A stretch of DNA of 63,192 bases, the filler included, from Reticulomyxa filosa (lineage: Eukaryota; Protista; Foraminifera): assembly GCA_000512085.1 (NCBI GenBank). It is 22 parts of 22 records of this genome, joined end to end, with 100 filler letters (N's around TTAATTAATTAA, not from the genome) between each part and the next. Parts side by side here need not be neighbours in the genome. Positions count along the whole stretch, not along the records: positions 24,453 to 31,214 come from ASPP01011051.1; positions 31,315 to 34,473 come from ASPP01020093.1; positions 34,574 to 35,869 come from ASPP01012591.1; positions 35,970 to 41,565 come from ASPP01017611.1; 18 more parts are not named here. One strand, written 5' to 3'. A program made the translations under genes and the position numbers. Shown in pieces: positions 25,694 through 39,824 of the stretch. The notes under the pieces were generated by a model. The model had not been told where the DNA came from. It saw only the letters and a list, made by a program, of their open reading frames with translations, and ran no database searches. The stretch's first letter is position 1; each line of letters begins with the position of its first letter.

Positions 25694-27349
25694 ATGCGCG
25701 CGGAGGATGTTAATGTTGTCCTTCGTATGCTTCAAGCACTTTTTCCAAAATTGACACTTAGCATTGGCTATGGTTCGAATGTTTTCTCTCAGAAACCAGA
25801 AGCTGCGGAAAGTGAAACGAATGACATTGAAAAAGTCGGTACAAAAACTGTAGAGGAAAATCAGGAAAGACCGAAAACATGGTACGAGTCTGTGCGGTAC
25901 AGGATGGAGAGACCAATGATAGATTTTATATTCGTGGTCGATGACGCGTACAAATGGCATCACCAAAACATGATCAAGAACCCAAGTCATTATAGTCCAT
26001 TGTCTCGCTTTTTGGGTGCATTATTTGTCGCCCATGTGCAAAGCAGCTACGGAGGAAAGATATTTTATAACACGTTGATACCAATCGAATGGAAGGATTA
26101 TATCATCGAAAAGTCGCGAATCCGAAATGATATGGTATGACTCTCCATCTCCGACCATCATACTCCGAACTTTTGTCGTCTGCTTGTAAAGCACAACAAA
26201 TGATTTGCTCAAATTTTTTTCTTTTTTTTTTTTTTTTCAATTAAAAAAAAAAAAAAGCTGATAAAATATGGAGTCATTTCGACTTGTCATTTTATTCAAG
26301 ATCTGATTTATTGGGACTCTTTGTATGTCTCTGGAAGGTTACACAAACCAGTTAATAGCATACACTTGTGTCCCTCCCTTCGTTCTGTATCACCTCTCAG
26401 TCCGACTCCATCTTTTTTTATGATACATACATTGGAATGAAATCAGGTCAAAGTGTTGACAAGTAGTGCGAGTGCCATGAGTTATGATGAGGAGCCCTCT
26501 TTGAAAGAAAAGCTAAAGAAATTACATTTGGTCATCGAACAGAGCAGCGGTATATTAAATGAACATGACATTGGCATCGGTGATGCCATGCTAATCAATT
26601 TTGATTATGTCATTCGGATTGCATTGCTATTGCTACTACTGAAAAATAATAATAATAATAATAATAATAATGGCGATAATAAACCTGATTCGCCTTTGTC
26701 CAATAAATTTACGCTGTACGATTTGTTCATGAAAATCACAGCAGTCTCTTACACTGGAGACAAGCGTTTGGACAATGTGGAAAAAATAAACAACATTGTA
26801 AACAATCGTGAAACATTTCAACAATTTATGCAAATGTATTTGCCTATTCTTCAATTGTATGCCGATGTGGACTCCTTTTATCCAATCGATGTCTACAACA
26901 CGCTGTCTTTGGAAGAGATGAAATCAATTCCATTTCAGGTTGTTTTCTCTTTCAATCGACAAATTTCCATACTTTCTTGCTTGACATCTACCAAATTTTA
27001 AATCATACTGATAATTTGATAACATGTTTATGCACAGTGCAACACCAATGTTGCAGAACTGATGACACATTTGCCATTGAATGTGAAGATACATATGAAA
27101 CGAGAAAATATCGATATCCTGACGAGCAATTCTAATGAGGCCATTTTCGCATGCCTCACCCAAAGTATTCAACAAATTGTCAAACGAAAAAGCCAGGTGC
27201 AAACTCTCAAAGGAATTGTTACCGCAGGGCCAAAAAAATCAGCATATTATGTCTTGCAAAAGTGCTGGAAATGGTATCATTCAACAACTCAAGACAAATC
27301 AGCACCGCGATCGACCGAAACTAACCAGCCCTTGTCAACTCATCATTAG
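25694..27349 (+). CDS. TAM41: Mitochondrial phosphatidate cytidylyltransferase Tam41/Mmp37
   Basis: GYGSNVFSQ, MIDFIFVVDD..KWH..N...NPSHYS, exon at 26258 LIKYGVIS...DLIYWDSLYVSGRLHKP, SYTGDKR, QTLKGIVTAGPKKS; introns starting at ~26135, ~26351, ~26939. Confidence 0.92.
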
Positions 27350-27975
27350 TCAAATCATTGTTCTTTATTTTAATTGATATCATTGTAGCGAATTTCAAAT
27401 AAACAAACAGTTTATTTGATCAATACATTCCTTATCAATCATTTTTTAAGGCAAAATCATATTAAGCTTGATTTTTAGACAAGATGAATCCTACAGCTCC
27501 TTAAAATTTTTAAATAGTATTTGCAACAAAATTTTGTACAAAAGATGTTTTGTTTGTTTTGACAAACAAAAAAGTGCATTAAGATAAAAACAAAAGTTAA
27601 ATAAGGTAAATTATTATCCACAAACAAGCCAATTTTCCCAGTAAGACATTAACCCAATCTTCCCAAAATAATCATGCGGAAAGAAATGAATTAAAATCAA
27701 AAACAAAAAAAAAGGGAGTCAACATCAATGTTTGCTGTTGTAAACGTTTACATTTTAGCTTTTCAGTAAACGATCAAAACAACACACATTTTATGGCAAA
27801 ATTTCAAACTAGCCCTTTCATAAACAAATGAAACAAAAACAATATTAAAATATGAATCAGATTCAAAACAAAGCAAAAACAAGAAGATTCAGTAGAAGAA
27901 AAAAAAAAAGCATATATACATATATATGTTTTTTTTTTTAAAATCTGCGTTCACTTCATTTCAGTTTTATATGTG

Positions 27976-29216
27976 TTAATTAGAAGACATCAACACATCC
28001 ATGGGATTGTCATCATCCATTTCGTATTCATTAATTTCAGTTTGCACATAGTCATCATCCATACCGCCAAGGTTGTTGTTGTTGTTGTTGTTGTTGTAAT
28101 GAAACAGAGCACTTCTACTGTTGTCTTGCATGAGAAGAGAGGATCCTGCATTGTCTTTCTCCGTCAACAGATACAAGTGTCGAATGGTAGGATCATGGCT
28201 GACTGTGTCTTCGTTTCCAAGGAAGTAAGGATGTTCCCCAAAGGGCGTTGAATCCATGTTGTCAGTCATCATGACATCTTTCATTCCATTGTTCTTTGCC
28301 AACTGTCGTTTGGAGCTACTTTCTGATTTCGACTCCACATTACTGCTACCTATTTTTTTTAAATATGTGCACATATTTTATTTTTGTTTTACTAGCTTTC
28401 TTAAACAAAACAAAACAAAACAAAACAAAACAAAAAAATAATTCAAACCTCTCATAGGAGAAGGTGGAGTTGCACAATCAATCCATTCGGAGGCATCTTC
28501 TTGCCTGGGTTCGACCAATTTTGGAGTGACTCGTAAATTGCTGTCAATGCACAAAATGGCTCCAGCATTGTTCATGCAATTGCAATAATTGGTGGCGCTG
28601 AATACAGTGATTAAATGCCCTCCGGCAAAATACTCAAAGCCATCAAAGACGACTTGATGGGCACGTATGATTAAGTCGATATCATTTCGAGAGCAAAACT
28701 GGCGAACAACATCGCTGCCAAACACGCACGACACACCACGAGAATTTTCTTGGAAGCCCAAGTCTTGATCTGTTTCGGCCGGGTCACTCCATAACACGTC
28801 AATAAGTACTTGTTGATCACTCAATTCGTTGTCGTGGTGGTGTCCATCATTGTCTGCCGGATCAGTGCCATCTCCATTACGATTGCGATTGAACTTCAAG
28901 TTCATGCACTCAATGTCAGAGGCACTGGCAATCACTTTGGGTTCGGCAACCACATTGCAAGGGCGTTGGATCCGCGCAATGCGGTCAATGGTCTGCACTT
29001 GGCCAATGCCCCCATGCACACATAAGATGCGATTGCCAATGAGGGCCGCCAAGGGTAGCCAGCTGAACAAATGGTTTACCTTTTCTTTCAGCATTGTGTC
29101 AATGTTTTGTTTCATTTGCAAAATCCGATGTTTTTGTTCGGGCGAGGGAACAGTGAATGAGTTCAAAAACGTGTTCCATCCCTTTGTGGCTACAGACTTA
29201 TTATTATTGTTATTGC

Positions 29217-29253
<37 letters not shown>

Positions 29254-30149
29254 GTTATTATTGTTATTATTGTTATTATTGTTATCATAGTCATCAAAAA
29301 CACGATCAATCAACTCGTCTTCCAAAGGTTCGACAATGCGCGTGGAAATTTCCTCATAAAAGCCATAGAGTTCATTCATGGCCGACGACTCGTGATTGCC
29401 TCGGATGAGGAAGATGCGATCTTTGTACTGTATTTTAAGCGCCAAGAGCAGACAAATGACCTCGAGCGATTGCTTGCCACGATCGACAAAGTCGCCCAAA
29501 AAGACGTACTTGTAGACACTCAAGTCTCCGAAAATATGGTCGGGCTGTCCAAAGGCATCAAAGATGGCCAGCAGATCATACAGTTGTCCGTGGATATCTC
29601 CAAACACCTTCACTGGAGGTTCAATCGACAACAGCGTCGGCTCGTCGCGAAGCAACGGTAGCGCCTCGTCCATCAACGCGACCATATCCTCGTGTGTCAG
29701 CATAAACTGTTGCGGATTGCATGCGTTGCGCTGCAGCAAGATCGAGCGGATCACTCTCCAATGCAGTGACTGCTTGTCGACTGGCGTGTGCATATCGCAG
29801 TTTTCGTCTTCCTTGGGGATCAGTACGGGGTCGATTCCGACAATCTTTTTCACGCTCTTGCAACTGTTACTGTTGCTTGCACTGCCATTGATGCCGTGGT
29901 TCGAATAACGGCGGTTCACTCGCGGAGAACAGTGCTTGCGCACCGGAGTCTTGCTTATCGTCACACGACGGTTCTCGTTCGTACCATTGCTGTTCTTGCT
30001 CATTTGACTGCCCAAATACGGAGTCAGCTTCGCTCGCTTGTGATGCGGTCTCATCGGTGTTATGTTCGACAATCGGTTCTTGTCAGTTCCATCACTCTTT
30101 GATTTATACTTTTTATCTTCCTTCTTATTGCTGTTGCCTTTGATATCCG

Positions 30150-30180
<31 letters not shown>

Positions 30181-31175
30181 GTTGTTGTTGTTGATGGTGG
30201 TAGTGGTGATTGTTGTTGTGGCTGTAGTATTGTTTGCATTATTACTATTGCTTGTATTGCTTGTATTGCTTGTATTGTTTGTATTGTTGACATTATTAGC
30301 ATTGCCCCCATTGTTACCATTGCTATTGCTATTGCTATTGCTATTGTTCGTGTTACTACTGACTGACTCTGAGGTCAAACAAGAACCTATTGGCACTTGC
30401 ACACACGACTTCAAATTCACTTTGGTTGCACTGCCTGGCTTTGCTTTAATCACAAAATCCGAGTCCGGTTCCGTCTCATCTCCATCTCCGCTACCTTCCT
30501 CTCCATCTTCCTCCTCTTCTGCCTGTCCTTTCTCTCCTTCTTCTTCTTCTTCTTCTTCTTCTTCTTCCTGTTTCTCTTGGCCACGAATGTTGCTCTTGTC
30601 TCCTCCATTCAAACCCTTCTTCGCTTGCTGCGACGCGAAGCCGTACTTTTTGCGACACGGATACGAAAACGTATGCGTATGGTTTCGCAAAGAACATTCT
30701 GTGCTGGAGAATTGCAAGCTACGCAATTGTGACGAGCAACAGCTTGTTGACGGAACCCATCCTCTGATTATACATACATATATATACACATATACATAAA
30801 CATATATGTATATGTGTATATATGTATATATGCATATATGAATATATGTACATATACATAAATACATTACCCGTAGACCAGCAAGCGTTCCAATGGCTGG
30901 TTTTGACAGCCAAAGGCTTGCAGCGACGACGGGCACCTTTGCGAGGTGATGAGTGCGGTGGACGCGCGACAGCTGCCGCGACAAAGCGTATCGGCGTTGT
31001 CGGTGGCGATGGGCACGCACATGCCACAATGCGGCGTGTTTCTGTTGCCGCCGAGAATGAAGCTGTTGCCATTTTGGGCCGAGTGGACCACCAGGTCTTT
31101 GCACTTTCGAACAAAGTGGGAGGTGTGATGGCCCTTGTTTAGAGCAATTTCAAGTCCAGGAGCAAAGTCTTTTAC
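27976..31175 (-). CDS. Ser/Thr protein phosphatase with N-terminal Kelch-like repeats (PPKL/BSU1-like), 5' partial
   Basis: PPP motifs GDIHG, GDFVDRG, RGNHE, HGG, WSDP, RAHQ, FSATNY, tail PPSPMR. Kelch-like GHHTSHFV..FILGG and RASTAL..LLVYG|GW upstream. Introns ~28352-28447 and ~30767-30870. Confidence 0.85.
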
Positions 31176-31214
<39 letters not shown>

Positions 31215-34200
31215 NNNNNNNNNNNNNNNNNNNNNNNNNNNNNNNNNNNNNNNNNNNNTTAATTAATTAANNNNNNNNNNNNNNNNNNNNNNNNNNNNNN
31301 NNNNNNNNNNNNNNTTGTCTGTGCCAAAGAAAAAAAAATTACAGATAATCGAAATTGGTGATTTTAGCTCCACAGTCAAAGTATTTTTTTTTTTCTTTAA
31401 AAAGTGAAAAAACTCTTTTACGTTGTGATATGTTTACAGGATCGAGACAAAGCGAAATTTTATGTTTTTTTATTTTTATTTTTTATTTTTCATTTTTTTA
31501 TTTTTATTTGAGATGGGGAAATTAGGGGAAAAATTAAGTAAAAAAGGGGAAAAAAGGAAAAAGTAAATTGGAAAAAAAAGTGATTTGAAAAGGGGATTGT
31601 AGAAAAAATTATTAAAAAATTGATGGGAAAATATTGGGGGAAAATATTGGGTGAAAATGAAGGGGAAAATTTGTGAGGTGGGAGTGGAGGGGGAAAATTA
31701 TTGTAATTTTTTTTGAAAAATGAAAAAAAAGAATTAGAAAATAAAAATGAAAAAAAAAATGGCAACGTGAAAAAAGAAAAATTTTAAAATGAAAAAAAAG
31801 ATAAAGAGAAAAAGAAAAAAAAAAAAGAGAAAAAAAGAAAATAAAAATTTGAAAAAATGAAAAAAGAAAAAAAAAAAGAGTGCGCAAATTTCCACAACAT
31901 TGTATCTTTCGTCGGCGCTAACGTATAATCTAGGAGACTGGTCGAGCATAGTTTACGTGCGCGTATTCGCAAGTTTGGTGTTGAACAGTCATGATCTTTG
32001 TGCCGGAATCCTCAAAAGCAAGCTCCCCAGAAAGAAGATGTGGTATCGCGCAAAAGAGGAAACGATATTGACATTATGGAGTTTCGGAGATGACGTAGAC
32101 TGGATTGGCAGAAACAGAAAAAGAAGAAAGATTGCGGACGTAGATAATCCGCATGACAATCGAGCAAGCCATTACATCTGAAGAACCGTTCCATGTGGTA
32201 TTAGCTCAATTTGTAGAAAAGTTGTGCGAAAATCAAGACATATAAAGCAGAAGATGAAGATAATGTGCAATACACAGTTGGATTTATTTTATATATATGT
32301 GTATATGTATATAGCTTCCTGCATTGCTGAATTTTGTTATGAAATAGCTGTTCATGTCCGCAAATGGTAACTTTGCGCGTTTCCGACATTTACTAATTTT
32401 CTACAGCGCGCCACAATGGAAGATAACGGCAACGTCAAGCAGTTGCAATTCGAAGAATAGGAAAAATTTGTTCGCGATCACATTGGCGCACACAAGTCTC
32501 TACGTGGTAATTCTTGGTAATAAAGTGATCACAGTTCAATCACTGGACAGCATGTATCTTGGTGCTGCTCGACCACAAAACCAAGATTGCCGAGAAGAAA
32601 AATAAAAGATTTCGTTTCATATCAATCATACGTTATCACAACAGCAGCAGCGAGGCTCTGGATTGGCCGAAGAAGTGAAAGAAAGCAAAAAAAATGACGA
32701 CGTTGGTATTAAATGATCATGCGTGGTCGAGTGAATCCACTATCATATGAAACTATTCTTTCGATGTCGTAGTGTAATTTGGTGAAGGATGCACAAATCA
32801 AGATCCAGCAAACAAGAAGAATAGAATAATGATGAGGAGTATGATGATGAAGGAATAAAAGTATTCGGTGATCATATTACGTTGGATTTTTTTTTTTAAA
32901 AAAAGACTGTCAGAGATTTACTGAATTCGATTATCCGGAATTGCTATTCATATTCGCAAGTGGAGGCTTTGCGCATCCTTCAATATGGACGAATTTTACA
33001 TAGTGCGCTCCCCTCCACCAATGGAAGGTGCTGGTGATGTTGCAACAATATCAAGCTCAGTGACAATGATGACACGCAGTCCATCTTTTTTTATTCATTA
33101 GGCAATTGTTTCAAGACATTGGAATGGTGTTGTGTGAGCCAATATTTGGGTGCCCGCTGTTGTATTCCAACGACTTTGATTTGGTAATGTGCCATTAGTT
33201 ATGAAAAACAACAGTGTCTTGTCTTGCCAGTTGATAATTGGTTGTGGCAATGGGCCCCTGCTGGGTGGGAACTTGCACAATATTTTGTGTCATCAGGTCG
33301 AGCCCCTATCTTTATCTCTCTATACCAAAACATCGCCATTGTCTGAAACTGTTCGGTTACCAATAACCGAATCACCTGAAGGGCCTACCATTGACAAGGC
33401 CGATACTCGAAAAATGGTAGCCCTAGAGGACCAGAGCATTTCAATGATATTAGCTTCATCCAAGTCCGTTCAATCGCTCGAAATAACAGAATACTCGATG
33501 GAGGCATTATCGTTGAAATCAAAAGCGCACATTTGAATATAAGAATCCAAGAGTTGCTGTTATTCTTTTATCGTTTGTGCGCATGTCCTCTTTCATGTTA
33601 TGTGATGCTATAATCGTGATTGGATTCATTCTTGAAAAGTTTTATTTTTCTTTATGTACACCCTTTAATATAATATGTTTATATGTATATTTGATTATTT
33701 ATTTATGTGTTGATTGAAATGTTTGAATAGGTATTTAAAGGTATGAAAATGGACGTATACTACATGAAGTGTGGATTGCACATGGACAAATTGTTGATGT
33801 TTGTATTGCTATTGATGGTGCAGTTAGTCTCCAGCAATAGTAGCAGCAGTGATAACAGCAGCAACAGTAGTAGTTCGATTATTTTTGCAGTACATTAAAA
33901 TGATAAACTTGGAAGCAACATCATAGTCGAATTTTCGCTTGTGGAAATCCAATACATTGAATCATGGAGGTCATTATGATTGAAAAGAAATAAATAATTT
34001 AAAAGTGGTGAGCTGATGTTATCGTGTTATGTGTGCAACCTATGTTCCAAGTTATAATATGTTTATTTTTTTTAAGTGTGATTTAAAAATACTTAAAACA
34101 TGTGTATGATCAATACACACGTATGTAACATAGATCTTCAAAGAATCAAATATCTAACTGTCGAGCAATTGAAAAATGGGGTTGTGCGGTGCGTGCGAGC

Positions 34201-34619
34201 AATGGTAAAGTGAAGTCAACAAGTTTATGACATTGCAAGTATTTGATACTTACACTAAATTTTTTTTGTTTCTTTTGTCCAATTGTTGTCTCTTTTGTTT
34301 TTTTTTAAACATAATTCAAAGTCATTCTCCAGCTCACATGATATCATTCCATCAAATTATTTCACGCAAACAATTTCAATATTCTAAACTCTAAGTCGAA
34401 AATATGTAAATAAGTCAATTTGGTTCACTTGTGCCTTTGAAAAAATTAACTACGTAATAATATGCAATAGAGCNNNNNNNNNNNNNNNNNNNNNNNNNNN
34501 NNNNNNNNNNNNNNNNNTTAATTAATTAANNNNNNNNNNNNNNNNNNNNNNNNNNNNNNNNNNNNNNNNNNNNATATATATATATATGTATATATACATA
34601 TAATTTTACATTGACACTC

Positions 34620-35869
34620 TCACTAAAACCACACAATGTTTGAACGGCTGTAGAGATCTTCTGCTACGAGAGCGCGTGACAATGTTCGACCGTAAGTTGG
34701 GCAAAAGGTTACGAGACGAAGTGCCGGTGCTACAACCCGATCGTCCCGAATATGACGAGTGCGTGACTGACGCGCAGAAGGCAATGGAACGATTACTCAT
34801 TGAAACGAACCGTGATGCCCCAGTTTTTTTTTTTTTTTTTTTTTTTTTTGCTGACTGTGCAAATCAGGGAAAAAGAAAAAACACCCTTCTTTTCCTCCTT
34901 TCAAAAAAAAAAAAAAAAAAAAAACTTTTTTCAAAGAATATAAAATGCGTATGTATATACATATACATATATGTTGATGATGATAATGACGATGAAAAGG
35001 ATTATTCGGAGATGTACTTATCAGACGCAGACGACGACTTATATGAATCCAAAACGGAAAACAAAGAGGAAAAGTATGAGAGTGCAAATGCTAATGAACA
35101 CGAGGACGATAATAACGGCAACAATAATAGCAACAACTTCCAATTGAAAGGGAAAGGGTTGAAAGAAGCGAATGACGTGGACGTGAAAGGCGAAGCCTTC
35201 AAAGCGGAAAACGAAGATGACAGCGATTGGGAATATTCTTTCGCGTCACGAGGGCAAGGCCAATCGAAAAAATTGGCACACAAACCCAATTCTTTGCACT
35301 CCTCACTATCCAATTCCTCGCATCGGGCGAAGCGTCCCAAAAAAAATGCACATCACTCGTCACATGACCCGAAACATAATTCAAACACATGGAATGATGA
35401 AAATGGCATCCATCATGGCACACATAATAATAATAATAACAATAGCATTGACAATGATAGTGGTATTTCAGATGGAATACATCTTTCCTCACAAATGCCT
35501 CCCAACAAACGAAGAAAATTGGAAAGCAAAAAAAACAAACGACACATGGCATTGGCGAAGATACGCACAACGTGGAGGCTATCTACACTGGATATGATAG
35601 TGTCCCTACGACTTACAAAACACAGAAAGTGCCCAAACTCGCAAAAGCGGACAGAAATAGCTCCTCCTCTTTTCATAATAGTCCCACGGTCAGTGATCAT
35701 GGTGATGATTACAGAAGTGATTTGATAAATACGAATAACAGCAATAATAATAACAACAATAACAATGCAAATATGAATAGAAATTATTGCAACACCTACA
35801 ATGACGACAATGGCACAAGCCATCGAAAAAGAGAAGAGAAGGGAGACGAAGAACAAGAAAGAGAAAGAG
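34620..35869 (+). CDS. Hypothetical low-complexity (D/E/N/K-rich) protein, partial, multi-exon
   Basis: Long coding-like frames separated by a homopolymer-rich intron; no domain recognised. Confidence 0.5.
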
Positions 35870-36552
35870 NNNNNNNNNNNNNNNNNNNNNNNNNNNNNNN
35901 NNNNNNNNNNNNNTTAATTAATTAANNNNNNNNNNNNNNNNNNNNNNNNNNNNNNNNNNNNNNNNNNNNACATTCGTAAGTAATCATGTGCAGAGAAGTA
36001 ATTTGAAATCAAAGCATCATTCATTCTCATGTACAAACTGAGAATAACATAAATATATCGCAATATTGCATTGCTTGTCTCTTTTGTTCTACAAACAACT
36101 AGAAAGTATCATTATTCTGGCAACAAAAATGTTCAATTTTTTCTTTTCATGCAAATAATATGATCATATGATAGTATGATCATATGTAATGTGATGATAT
36201 GATAATATGTAATATGATAATTTGATCAAAGAAGAAATTTCATATAATCAGCTAAGACAATGACAATATATGCATCAAGCTGTTGTCTGTTGGAACAAAT
36301 TCATTCCAGCTGTTGTTTGATAATTAACACATTCTTTTATTGATCTTTTAGTTATGTGCTAATTTTAAAAAAGTGTTCAATTTGATGTCATCACTTGTTT
36401 TTTTAACAACTTTTTCAATTTATTTACGTTTTTGTGATTGAGTATGCCCTTTTGGGGCGAGGTCGTACAACAACCCTTACAAAAAAAGTTTTAAAAACTG
36501 TCCGTGAGAACGTAAGGTACTAAGTTCAATTTTTGAATTTAAATTAACTAAA

Positions 36553-37739
36553 ATGGGAAATCGTGCGATCAAAAATCAAGAAATCGATATCAAAGAACGA
36601 CGAATATTGGTAGCGACTATATCCCCAAAACGACAAACTAAAGTCTAAAGAAACGATGTTTTGAAAAACAAAACAAATAAACAGTCAGAAAAAGAAATCA
36701 AACTAATAACTCGAAATTGGGTTCGAACTTTAAATATACAATTAGGATGGATTAATGATCTTGATAAAATTGTTGCCAAATATGTTCTGTGATTTATGCT
36801 GTTTTTCTGTGTTCAATTTTACTTACCATTAAACTCATAAATACCTTACAATAGTCTAAGCATTTTCAACTACTAAGCATTTTTAAAGGTTTTAGAGAAG
36901 CAATAAGAAGTGTAAGATTTTCTTCAGATGGTCGTAAGATTGTTTCAGTAGCATTAAATAAAACAGTGCAAATATGGGATGTTGCATTGAGAAAACAAAT
37001 ACAAATTTTTGAAGGACATACTGATCTGGTGTTCACAGCAGAATTTTCACCAGATGGACGTCATGTCGTTTCTTGCTCAATGGACAAAACAATTCGATTA
37101 TGGGATTTAAAATCAGGAATAGAATTGAAGAGATTTAAAGGACATACTGATTGGATATTTGACGTACATTTTTCTCCGAATAGCAAACATATTGTATCAA
37201 GTTCATCTGACAAAACAATTCGATTATGGGATGTGGATTCTGGAGATGAGATTCAAATATTTGTTGGTCATTCCGATACTATATATAACGTGCAATTTGC
37301 ATCAGATGGCCAAATGATTGTATCATCATCTGCCGATCAAACTATTGGTTTATGGAACGTAAGATCAGGTGAAAGATATAAAGAGTTAAAAGGACATTCC
37401 GGTCCTGTAACGCAAGCAATATTTTCTCCGGATTGTAAAATGGTAGTGTCTTGTTCTCATGACATGACAATTCGAATATGGGATATACAGTTAGGAAAAG
37501 AATTAAAAATATTATATGGACATTTTGATGCTGTGAATGAAGTAAAGTATTTTTCAGATGGTCAAACTATTTTATCTTGTTCAATTGATAAAACAATTCG
37601 ATTATGGAATGTGAAAACAGGAGATGAAATACAAACATTGGAAGGACATTCTGGCCCAGTAAGATCAGTTGATATTTCGCCTGATGACAACACAGTTGCT
37701 TCAGGTTCTTGGGACTGTACAATTCGATTATGGAGATAA
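36553..37739 (+). CDS. Seven-bladed WD40-repeat protein with N-terminal MG start (possible myristoylation), 3 exons
   Basis: Exon 1 MGNRAIKNQ; exon 2 NWVRTLNIQLGWINDLDKIV; regular GH..V....FSPDG...VS.S.DKTIRLWD repeats to 37739. Confidence 0.9.
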
Positions 37740-38179
37740 TGAAATCTATGTTCAATAAAATCATCAAGGTAATGTCAACATAAAGTGGATTTACAAATTT
37801 CATCATCTTCATTTTTAAAAATAAAACTTCTTATTGACAACCACAACCGACTGCAAAAAAATTTCTTAAAAATGGACACATATAAACATTTGTAAATTTA
37901 CTTGAAAAATCAATCTTTTAAAAAATAATACGGTTGAATGCAAAGAAAGTTGACCCTGAAACGACACATTAAATATATGATTGACTTCTTCATGAAGAAA
38001 CAATATCCAGTCATAATTTTTTTTTCTATCTACGAATGTGTAGTTTTTAAATATTTTTGATTTTAGTTTTTTATTAAATCTTTACTAATTGTTTAAATCT
38101 TTTTTTCGACAGAATTTTTGTATAAATAATTGCTTAAATTTAAGTTTTTGAAAATTTTTGCCGTTTTTGTTGTTTAACT

Positions 38180-39824
38180 CTAATAAGCAATGGCAAAATT
38201 AAACAAATGTAATGTCAATGAAAGCTCTTTGTCACATGTGATCATTCCAATAGTTTGTGCCAAATTATTAATATTTTGTTGGCATTGCAATTCTATCAAT
38301 ATCATCCCGCACTTCCACTTTTTATTCCATTTCCTGCATTGAATCGATCCACAATTAATTAATTGTTGCTTACTTACCAGTTCAATTATACCACCACTTC
38401 CTCCAAGTGCAAAACAACTCATGAAGATCCTTCTCTTCCTCCACCTCCATAATAAATTTTTTTCAACAAAGTATTTTCCATCGTCCGTTCCATACCCACC
38501 GCCAATACAAAAATTTTTTCCCCTTCCACCCATTTCAGGACCTTGACCAGAAGGATATCCCAAATCTGAGCAATCAATTGAAAGAAGAAGTTTGATCTAC
38601 AAGGACTTGTTTTTAAATGTCTAAGTTTCTCATTGTGATAAAAAGTTAAAATGACACTTCACCCAAGTAAAAATATTCCAAAATTATAATATTCCATTCA
38701 TTGTTTTTAATTGTGTGGTTTTATTGCTTTCATTCAGTAATAAAAAATCTACACCATTTTTAATGAATGACAACATGCTGCTACAATTCTTTTTAGCAAT
38801 ATAATCTGTATAACCTTCTTTCTTTTTATTCTGTGCATTACGTTGAACTGTAAGTCGTTCTATATTAGCCTGAATATTTCGATTGCGTTCAAATTCAGTA
38901 GCACGAGTATCAATTTTGTTTTGGTATTGTTCAGATCTTTTTAAGCGTTGTAATCTAATCATATTTTGGCTCAGTTCAATTTTTAATTGTTGAATATCTT
39001 TTGTTAGTCCAATTATTTGTTGATCTTTTATTAATAATTCAGTTTTTAAATTATCAATTTGTTTCTGTAATTATTTACATATTACACTATATTTGCGCTA
39101 GAATGCAAAAAAAGGAGAGTTTAATGTGATTGTTTTGAATGTTCAAAAGTATAATTCGCTTTATCAGATACATTTGGCTGATCTGTTACTTTTTCATTGT
39201 TCGTTTGTTTTTCTTTTTGTTTATTTCATTTTTTGCAAAACCTATGCAAATGTAATAGAACTATTTGTAATTTTTCCAATTCTAATTGTGATTGTAAATC
39301 TTGGGCCACATTTTGCAATTGTCTAATCTGTTCATTTGCTGTATTCAAATCAATTTACAGGACGTACTCAAATGTCTTCCATTTTTTTATATTTCCTTTG
39401 TAATTGCAATTACGTTTTGAATTCAGATCTGATTCATTTCCATGTTCTTATTTTTCTCCTGATTTTGTTGTTTCATTTGATTGTAAATGTTTATTTAAAT
39501 CGTATTGTCGAGGACAAATTACCAATAATTCTGAAATATTTTGTCTTATATTTTATTTTTCGAAAATCAGTAATTGTTATGTTGTTCAATTGGACATTTT
39601 CCATCGCTCTGTTTTAAATATGTTGGTAGGCACTGAGTAAATATCATTTCATCACAATGCAATTCCACTGCGTTATTAGCGATTTGCTTGCAAAGCAAAC
39701 ATACCAATGTGTACAGTCTTTGTGGTTCATTTGTCAAAGAAGCTCGGTCTCTGCTGTAATAACCAGGAACAGAAAAGTAATTTTTCTGTTTTCTTTTTTC
39801 TATTTTTTCTTCGAGTAACAACAT
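38180..39824 (-). pseudogene. Degenerate paralogue of the RING/TRAF zinc-finger and Gly-rich family (cf. 17670-19913)
   Basis: MLLLEE start, CLLCKQIANNAVELHC, GKCPIEQH, ICPRQY, IDCSDLGYP, GGIIELVSKQQLINCGSI; multiple stops and frameshifts. Confidence 0.7.

Noticed and set aside
31490-31972. Phe-rich 'membrane protein' ORFs (also 45700-46217, 41668-42183)
   Set aside because: Translations of T-rich low-complexity strands; no real coding signal.
33000-33540. Possible Asp-box/BNR (DRGST**) remnant, or TGA read as Trp, on the minus strand
   Set aside because: Single weak motif among several stops; conserved genes elsewhere use TGG for Trp and TGA as stop.
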